Positions 57,861-64,000 of a DNA stretch of 64,000 nucleotides are shown in pieces. This DNA comes from a virus: IMG/VR virus record IMGVR_UViG_3300032323_003671, positions 1 to 64,000 of that record. One strand, 5' to 3'. Positions within the stretch are counted from its first letter, which is position 1; each line of letters opens with the position of its first letter. Both the position numbers and the translations under genes were made by a program. The notes below the pieces were generated by a model. That model made no database searches, was not told the origin of the DNA, and was given only the letters and a program-made list of their open reading frames with translations.

Positions 57861-58100
57861 ATGAGCTTAACTGGAATGCTTGGCGGATTAATTGACAGTG
57901 AAGGAATAGTAACTGAGAAAATCCAAACAACTCTTGATGATTTATCAGAGGAACTAAAAGAACCTAACTTTCGTAATTTCTTTATTACGATTATCCCAAT
58001 CAATGAAGAATTTGATTTTCAATGCGTTGTTTATCATAGAACACCAGAAGGAATAAAAATGGTTAGAGAAATCACTATCAAAGAAATCGTTGAAAAATAA
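57861..58100 (+). CDS. hypothetical protein
   Basis: 79 aa; TATATTTG promoter at 57832-57839. Confidence 0.7.
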   Translation: MSLTGMLGGLIDSEGIVTEKIQTTLDDLSEELKEPNFRNFFITIIPINEEFDFQCVVYHRTPEGIKMVREITIKEIVEK

Positions 58101-58459
58101 TGAAAATCGATAGAATATATATCAGTCTATCGTTATCGCTATTTTGCTTAATATTTAGTATCTGGAGTTATTTCAATTCGAATAAAAAGGATTCAATTAA
58201 CTCCAATGATACTATTGAAAATTATTTTCTCGATCAAAGAAAATCGATTGAGAAACAAAATCAATTGCTCATTCACAAACTGGATAGTTTAGAAAAAAAG
58301 ATTGACAAGAATCAAATTAAACTTGTCCAAATCCAAAACCAGAAAAAAGAAATCGAGTATGTCTACCAAAATAAAATTAATCAGATTGATGCTTACTATA
58401 CTAATGGTATCGTCAATGAATTCAATTTGCTTTTCTCAAAAGGTAATTTCCGAAAATAA
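58100..58459 (+). CDS. N-terminal TM coiled-coil protein (spanin-like)
   Basis: TM plus coiled coil; overlaps the next gene. Confidence 0.5.
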   Translation: MKIDRIYISLSLSLFCLIFSIWSYFNSNKKDSINSNDTIENYFLDQRKSIEKQNQLLIHKLDSLEKKIDKNQIKLVQIQNQKKEIEYVYQNKINQIDAYYTNGIVNEFNLLFSKGNFRK

Positions 58460-58799
58460 TGACACTTTGATATGTTTTGATTTAGAACAATCAAAATACA
58501 TTCTTAAAGAAATGAATCATGCTATCTTTTTAGATAGCATTAATCGCCTCTCGCAATCCGAAATAAGATTATTGAACACTACTATCAAAGATTTACAGAT
58601 AATCGTTGAGAGCCAAAAAGAACAGATAATTTTAAGAGATGTCGATTACAAGATATCCAAGACCGAAACAAAATTGCTAAAAGAAAAAAACGAATCCCTT
58701 AAAAAAGAGATCCGTTTACAAAAGTTTTACAAATGGCTGTCAATTGGCGTAGGTACAATAACTACTTCATTTATGACTTATTTGTATCTGACAAAATAG
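58359..58799 (+). CDS. signal-peptide coiled-coil protein with C-terminal TM (spanin-like partner)
   Basis: Starts inside the previous gene in another frame. Confidence 0.5.
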   Translation: MSTKIKLIRLMLTILMVSSMNSICFSQKVISENNDTLICFDLEQSKYILKEMNHAIFLDSINRLSQSEIRLLNTTIKDLQIIVESQKEQIILRDVDYKISKTETKLLKEKNESLKKEIRLQKFYKWLSIGVGTITTSFMTYLYLTK

Positions 58800-59007
58800 A
58801 TTTACCCTTAGTATTTAAGTACTCAGTGTAATCTGAAATTAAATAGCAAGACCAAGCCTTATCCTTTTCTTTTCGAACTACAGGACATGATCTACCAAGG
58901 CAGAATTTCATGAATGGAATTCTGTGTTCTTTCGGAATATCATCTATCACAATGTAGTGAACATTTCGAATAGGATTTTTCCAATTAATTTCAGGTGCGC
59001 TTTTCAT
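58771..59007 (-). CDS. hypothetical protein
   Basis: 78 aa, last gene of the leftward arm. Confidence 0.6.
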   Translation of the reverse strand: MKSAPEINWKNPIRNVHYIVIDDIPKEHRIPFMKFCLGRSCPVVRKEKDKAWSCYLISDYTEYLNTKGKSILSDTNKS

Positions 59008-59073
59008 TATTTTTTTGTTATTGTACCTTAGTGTGCTTTAAATAAAATAAAGGATTTCTTATTTTAATTTTGA

Positions 59074-59349
59074 CTAAACACCAGAATATTGTCTTTCTGT
59101 GATATTCGCATGCGTAAGATTATTTTCTTCATCTGTAATTAATGACATGTATCCCATCGTAGAGATATGGTACTTGTAATCATTAATTTCAGGAACAAAA
59201 TCTTTGGTGGTGGTAGCTATTGCAAAGATAGTAATTCCTGCAACAAGAATTTCTTGATCATCAAATAGAATCCTCCATTGTTCACCAGGATTATTAGCTG
59301 CAGTATTAAAACGAATTTTGTAAGTTTTCAGATTCAATTCAGTTGACAT
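59074..59349 (-). CDS. hypothetical protein
   Basis: 91-aa ORF. Confidence 0.65.
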   Translation of the reverse strand: MSTELNLKTYKIRFNTAANNPGEQWRILFDDQEILVAGITIFAIATTTKDFVPEINDYKYHISTMGYMSLITDEENNLTHANITERQYSGV

Positions 59350-59354
59350 AATTT

Positions 59355-60098
59355 TTAGTATTTATTGGTAATTAACCATCTTAAAATGGTTTGAACATTG
59401 ACTACAATTTCAGGATTCATATATTTTCTAGCAAATGCTCTAGCAATTGGGAATCCATATTTTGCATCTCTTACAGAAAAAAGATGATGATTGATTAGTT
59501 GAGTGGTATGATCATAAATCTCTTTACTAGTTTTTCCCCAAACTTTTGAAATTAATTTTCTTTCATAATCCACTTTTACTTCAAAATCATTATCGGCAGC
59601 TTCAAGGCATAAATTCAATTGATCAGGAGAATATCTATTTAAGTAAGAATTTACTTCAATTAAAAAATCTTTGATTTTATTATCATAATTCTCTAGACCA
59701 TTAACGATATCTTCATTATTTTTCATCTGCTCACGAATTTTTGTAGCTGAAATATCAGCAACATCTGCAGGCGGAAGATGCTCTATAATGTCATAACCAA
59801 CACCTCTACCAAAGTTTACACTTTCGATATCTGGAACAATAATTACTTTGATGCATCCTTTTTCAATTTCTTTAAAAAATCGTAAGTTCAATGCCTTTTC
59901 AATTTCTAATGCTGGCCATGGATTTTTATCATCTACTGGAACATCTCGAATGGCAATACAAACATTTTTACCTTCGTTCAAAGATTGATTAATTAGCCAT
60001 TGGTGGCCATCATGCCAAGGTTGCCATCTACCGATATACAAACAAAATTTGTTAGGTGCATCGGTTTTGTTTTCAGAAGTCTTATGATATAAATTCAT
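59355..60098 (-). CDS. HxGH nucleotidyltransferase (cytidylyltransferase-like)
   Basis: IGRWQPWHDGH...GRGVGY...ISATKIR; coupled to cysC. Confidence 0.85.
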   Translation of the reverse strand: MNLYHKTSENKTDAPNKFCLYIGRWQPWHDGHQWLINQSLNEGKNVCIAIRDVPVDDKNPWPALEIEKALNLRFFKEIEKGCIKVIIVPDIESVNFGRGVGYDIIEHLPPADVADISATKIREQMKNNEDIVNGLENYDNKIKDFLIEVNSYLNRYSPDQLNLCLEAADNDFEVKVDYERKLISKVWGKTSKEIYDHTTQLINHHLFSVRDAKYGFPIARAFARKYMNPEIVVNVQTILRWLITNKY

Positions 60099-60565
60099 TA
60101 GATAAGAATAGTTAAAAGATTGATAAACGATTGAAAAGGAGTTAATCCTGTAGTATCAATTGCAACTGCATCAGATATTTCAAAAGGAGAAGGTTGTTCA
60201 AAATAGTCTACAAAGTATTCTTCTCTACCTCTTTTTTCTGAACAATGGACGTATATTTCAACACCACCTACTTCTTTGCAGAAATCCATTCTCTGATCAC
60301 GAAAAGGACTAACCATACAAACGATAACAATAATATCGTTTTGGATTAGAAATCGGCAACAAGATTGAACCAAGTCAACGTTTTTCAATCTACCTTCTTT
60401 GGAGTAGTCTTGATTCTTAAAAATGTCTCTGATATTATCACCATCGAGAATGACAACTTTTTTTCCAATTTCAAATTTGTCGATGTGTTCTTTTAGCAAA
60501 TTAGCTAAAGTGGTTTTACCAGCACCAGGTTGGCCAGTAAACCAATAAAGGTTTCTTAATTCCAT
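60098..60565 (-). CDS. cysC: adenylylsulfate (APS) kinase
   Basis: WFTGQPGAGKTTLA, LDGDNIR, YSKEGR..N, VSPF...R. Confidence 0.9.
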   Translation of the reverse strand: MELRNLYWFTGQPGAGKTTLANLLKEHIDKFEIGKKVVILDGDNIRDIFKNQDYSKEGRLKNVDLVQSCCRFLIQNDIIVIVCMVSPFRDQRMDFCKEVGGVEIYVHCSEKRGREEYFVDYFEQPSPFEISDAVAIDTTGLTPFQSFINLLTILI

Positions 60566-60694
60566 GCTTATTTATTTGAAGTAAAATACCCATAAAGGGC
60601 TAGTGTAAAGATAAGTAAAAATAGGCAAATTAAAGCGTAAAAAGCAGCTTTAGATGTATATTCATACTTCAAGTTTGACCTCTGATCCCAAACT

Positions 60695-60928
60695 TCAATT
60701 TGTCGTTTCTTCGGTTTTTTCATCTTGGTAAAGATTATCGATTTTTACTACAGCTTCATAAATGGTTAAATTATCATTTGCATGTTCAACCAAAGTCGCC
60801 ATTATTTGTCTTTTACAATCCTTAACATTTTTATTGATGTTCCAGTTGATAAGTCTGATAATTTCCTTTTTCTTATCTTTTGGAATTTCAGTTAAGGACT
60901 GAATCAATTCTTCTAAAGATTCATCCAT
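60695..60928 (-). CDS. hypothetical protein
   Basis: 77-aa ORF. Confidence 0.6.
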   Translation of the reverse strand: MDESLEELIQSLTEIPKDKKKEIIRLINWNINKNVKDCKRQIMATLVEHANDNLTIYEAVVKIDNLYQDEKTEETTN

Positions 60929-60937
60929 AAATAAAAA

Positions 60938-61402
60938 CTATTTTTTTAAAATTCTCTTAGTCGGCACATAACAAAAAACGGAATCATCATCATAAGAATA
61001 GAATCTCTTCAAATATCCTTTCTTGAAAAATTTGGACAACAATCTAGAGATATCTTTTCTAGTTAATTCAAAGTTTTGTTCTTTGATAAGAAAATTAGCT
61101 ATCGTGCTTGTTGTAAAGGTAGTATCATAAAAAGATTCTCGAATAGTATCTTTTACCAATTTTGTCTTGTTTTCAACTTTTTTTGGCGTACTCTCCACTT
61201 GTGCATCTTCTACCACATTAATAACAATTACGTTTGGATTATTAGGATCTTGCTTGGCACTCTGATGAAGATTATCAACCATTTTATCCCAATCAGCTTC
61301 TTTATCCACTTCTTGCTCTGTAGATTCAATCTTTGAACACTTAAAAAATTTACACCAAAAACGAACAACGAAGTCTGGCATAGAATAGAATAACTTTTTC
61401 AT
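60938..61402 (-). CDS. protein with C-terminal winged-helix-like domain
   Basis: FTTSTIA...ISRLLSKFFKKGYLKR......Y. Confidence 0.55.
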   Translation of the reverse strand: MKKLFYSMPDFVVRFWCKFFKCSKIESTEQEVDKEADWDKMVDNLHQSAKQDPNNPNVIVINVVEDAQVESTPKKVENKTKLVKDTIRESFYDTTFTTSTIANFLIKEQNFELTRKDISRLLSKFFKKGYLKRFYSYDDDSVFCYVPTKRILKK

Positions 61403-61421
61403 AGTTTAAGTTTATTAAATA

Positions 61422-61673
61422 TTAATTATGATTCAACTGATCAACCTGAATCAATCCCATTACAGTTGATTTATTCATGCTAATTGATTGACTTTTTTCA
61501 TTGATCACATCTCCTTTGTTGACACAGTACAATGGCTCAATGCCTGGATAATTCTTGTAATGAATGTTTAAAGCTGATTGCATGTCCTTAGCTTCAATAT
61601 TGTACGAATTCAAATACATCGTCTCAGAATTTGGATAAAAGACAACATGGTACAATTTTAAGATACTTTTCAT
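61422..61673 (-). CDS. hypothetical protein
   Basis: 83-aa ORF. Confidence 0.6.
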   Translation of the reverse strand: MKSILKLYHVVFYPNSETMYLNSYNIEAKDMQSALNIHYKNYPGIEPLYCVNKGDVINEKSQSISMNKSTVMGLIQVDQLNHN

Positions 61674-61697
61674 TCTTATTTATTTAGGGGTTAAAAA

Positions 61698-61904
61698 CTA
61701 ATTCCAGGTTACTTGATGCTTAATAATATCCAAGGCAACTTTAAAATGTACAAAGTTGTAAGGATCTAATCTATTTTGTTTACAAACCTGTTTTACCATC
61801 AGCATAGTTCCATACATGTCGTTTGACATCATTTTCATAACGTCTTGTTCGGCAAGAGGTAAGTAACTGATTTCAATCACTTTCACATTTTTTAAATTGT
61901 CCAT
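61698..61904 (-). CDS. hypothetical protein
   Basis: Likely start ATG 61904, just after the TATATTTG promoter at 61932-61925. Confidence 0.6.
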   Translation of the reverse strand: MDNLKNVKVIEISYLPLAEQDVMKMMSNDMYGTMLMVKQVCKQNRLDPYNFVHFKVALDIIKHQVTWN

Positions 61905-61924
61905 TTCAGTATGATTTAACAGAA

Positions 61925-61979
61925 CAAATATATAAACAATTAACATTTGTTGTGTTATCGTACAACATATTTATTAACA
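61925..61979 (-). promoter_or_regulatory. early promoter with TGTTAATAAATAT box
   Basis: Same box, 34-bp spacer and TATATTTG as 3119-3173. Confidence 0.7.
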
Positions 61980-62017
61980 ATAGATTGTAAATAATTAACA
62001 ATACGTGAAAATTTAGG

Positions 62018-62050
62018 GAAAAAGAAAAGGCATCGTGTAGCCGATGCCTC
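62018..62050 (-). terminator. intrinsic terminator
   Basis: AGGCATCG-GCTACA-CGATGCCT plus T tract on the - strand. Confidence 0.8.
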
Positions 62051-62113
62051 TCCCATAAGAACGAATGAATATCAAAGATAATAAATAGTTTGAATCCGAT
62101 ATCGTCAATTAAA

Positions 62114-62557
62114 TTATTTACTTGAAGAATCCCATTCTTTCTCTGTCTGCAGGTATTTCTGATAATCGTTTGTTACGCAAATAAAAATAGTATTTGAATG
62201 GCTTTCGTATTCGTATTCTGCTATCCACAACCATCCATGAACAAAGTCCAGATAAAAAGGCTTATCTTCATCAATAGTACCAACATAGTTTTTGAATATT
62301 CTACTATCAGTTATGCTTTTCAAATCAATATTGGTATCAGACTCTACATGAGGAATAATATTATCAATAAAAGCTGGTAAAATTCTGGATTCTAAGATAG
62401 CTCCTTCAAGTTCTGTTATTTGATCTTCACTTAATCCGATTTTACTACCTAGTGGTAAAATATGTGGTAAGTAAAAGTCAATACCTATATTATGATTAAT
62501 GTTATCCCATGGATCTAACACAACCAATCGATAAGATACTTTTTGCTCCATTACCAT
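62114..62557 (-). CDS. hypothetical protein
   Basis: 147-aa ORF. Confidence 0.65.
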   Translation of the reverse strand: MVMEQKVSYRLVVLDPWDNINHNIGIDFYLPHILPLGSKIGLSEDQITELEGAILESRILPAFIDNIIPHVESDTNIDLKSITDSRIFKNYVGTIDEDKPFYLDFVHGWLWIAEYEYESHSNTIFICVTNDYQKYLQTEKEWDSSSK

Positions 62558-63054
62558 ATGTTATAGCGTAAAACATCCATACCGAAAGACAAATCATATT
62601 TTTGCATGATTTTGTCTTTGATTTCTTCTAAGCTGGTTTCTCCTAAATTTCTAAAACGAAGTAGTCGCTTCTCTTCTAGGGAAACCAAATCCCCAAGGAT
62701 TTCAACATCACCACCCAACAAACAATTCTTGGTTCTTTCTGATAAACCTAAATGAATGATTTTCGTTTGCAGTAATTTTTTCATTGCATTGAAGCGTTTT
62801 TTATAGCCTATCAAATCAAAAGTTTCATGATATATTTGCTTAAAATCAATATCTTCAATATCAGATTTTGAGTTGGCATTTTTCAAACAATTTTTTGCAA
62901 AGTCTACACAATCATTATAATGTCGATTGTCAGCCTCTTTCAAAATTGAACTAAATTTTACCATGAGTTCGTATGAATTGTAACGATTTCTTTCAATTTG
63001 TGTGAGCAAAAATTGTATTTCATCGCTTAACCATTGTGTTGAATGTTCTTGCAT
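62551..63054 (-). CDS. phage protein fused to an RNA polymerase alpha C-terminal domain
   Basis: LGLSERTKNCL......LGDLV......LRFRNLGETSLEEI.......LSFGMDV.RY. Confidence 0.85.
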   Translation of the reverse strand: MQEHSTQWLSDEIQFLLTQIERNRYNSYELMVKFSSILKEADNRHYNDCVDFAKNCLKNANSKSDIEDIDFKQIYHETFDLIGYKKRFNAMKKLLQTKIIHLGLSERTKNCLLGGDVEILGDLVSLEEKRLLRFRNLGETSLEEIKDKIMQKYDLSFGMDVLRYNIW

Positions 63055-63257
63055 CGTTCTTGTTTTTTAAAGTTGTGGTTGATAATTTTAGCATTAAAAT
63101 TTAATTGTCCTTTGTAGTATTTGGTAAGGTAATCAGCTTCAGTTCTATTGAATCTAAAAGAAGCACTAAACTTTTTATTGGATTCCTTTAAAATGTTATC
63201 CCAATCTCTGATATTGCTAGAATTCAGTTCTTCTACAAATTCAATAATTCGGTTCAT
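63027..63257 (-). CDS. hypothetical protein
   Basis: 76 aa, contains a KKQER junction. Confidence 0.55.
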   Translation of the reverse strand: MNRIIEFVEELNSSNIRDWDNILKESNKKFSASFRFNRTEADYLTKYYKGQLNFNAKIINHNFKKQERCKNIQHNG

Positions 63258-63269
63258 ATTGAAATTGAA

Positions 63270-63416
63270 TTAAAACCATTGTTTTGAACATTTTTGACAT
63301 TCATAAATTAATGAAGTTCCTTCTATATCTACAATTTCCATTTTGGTATTGCAGCATGGACTTTTTTTTCTAATGTAATTGATAATATCAATGATTCCCA
63401 AAAATATTTTTTTCAT
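63270..63416 (-). CDS. small zinc-ribbon-like protein (48 aa)
   Basis: SPCCNTKM...YECQKCSKQW, read by hand. Confidence 0.6.
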   Translation of the reverse strand: MKKIFLGIIDIINYIRKKSPCCNTKMEIVDIEGTSLIYECQKCSKQWF

Positions 63417-63441
63417 TCTTCTATTTGTTTTTCTTGTTTTT

Positions 63442-63474
63442 TAGACATTTTCTAGACATTTTCTAGACATTTTT
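63442..63474. repeat. three copies of an 11-bp tandem repeat (TAGACATTTTC)
   Basis: Visible directly in an intergenic region; third copy ends in T. Confidence 0.8.
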
Positions 63475-63608
63475 TAAATTAATCCAATATAAATACCTAA
63501 GCCAATTGTAATCAGAGTTATTAGTTCCAAAATAAGAAATCCCCAACCTTCCTGGTCTTCTTTGCGATCACGACCATGGTCATGATTATTTTGGTTTTTA
63601 TAGTTCAT
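63474..63608 (-). CDS. small membrane protein (44 aa)
   Basis: Starts at a CAAGAACAATG junction; C-terminal TM. Confidence 0.55.
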   Translation of the reverse strand: MNYKNQNNHDHGRDRKEDQEGWGFLILELITLITIGLGIYIGLI

Positions 63609-63620
63609 TGTTCTTGTTGT

Positions 63621-63857
63621 TTAGTTAGTTCTTTCACTAATTTGATATTTATTCCATTTAAAAGGATTTGTAGTATCAATTTCTCTCCAAATTCCTATTA
63701 TTCCAAACATAACTAAACCTATTAATACTCCGAAAATAATAACTACATAGGTCAATGGATTAAATGGGTTGATTCTAAATTTAATCCAAGTTCCATATGA
63801 ATCTTCATATTGCTTTTCCTGTTTAATATATAGATACTTAAATATTTTATTCTTCAT
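63621..63857 (-). CDS. membrane protein
   Basis: RINPFNPLTY plus TM...NPFKW. Confidence 0.65.
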   Translation of the reverse strand: MKNKIFKYLYIKQEKQYEDSYGTWIKFRINPFNPLTYVVIIFGVLIGLVMFGIIGIWREIDTTNPFKWNKYQISERTN

Positions 63858-64000
63858 TATTTTTGTTATTAAAGGTTTCTAACTCTTGTGTAAGAATAGC
63901 ATTCATTTCTTTTTGTGATTCAAGTTCTGATTCTAACTGAATAATTCTTTCAGCACTAAACTCTTTTAGTCTTTTTTGATAATGTTCAAGTTGTACTTGT

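Noticed and set aside
297-63857. Alternative genetic code or stop-codon reassignment
   Set aside because: Genes are full length in the standard code, and TAA, TAG and TGA all end genes at tight junctions

Overview
AT-rich, gene-dense segment of a large dsDNA virus of Bacteroidota. Host evidence: TAnnTTTG promoters, no Shine-Dalgarno motifs, a DUF4494 gene and a Bacteroidota-type RpoA C-terminal domain. Layout: a rightward early/replication arm (297-16918; DnaB, two DNA methyltransferases, RusA, many short ORFs joined by repeated junctions), a leftward tmRNA and cell-wall-enzyme block (16919-19067), a rightward late region (19194-58799), and a leftward early arm (58771-64000). I recognised no terminase, portal, HK97-type capsid, tape-measure or tail genes. 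The late region instead has an A32/P9-type FtsK-HerA packaging ATPase, a candidate beta-rich major capsid protein with two paralogs, about 20 small membrane-anchored proteins, spikes and a zincin protease. This points to an unusually large tailless, probably membrane-containing virus. Other highlights: a circularly permuted (two-piece) tmRNA; modular polyprotein-like genes whose domains are bounded by [FYM]xxGG motifs; a recurring S-N-A-x-G motif in virion proteins; a PAPS/sulfotransferase/glycosyltransferase set; a possible small antisense RNA. All protein calls come from motif recognition by eye; no database searches were run.
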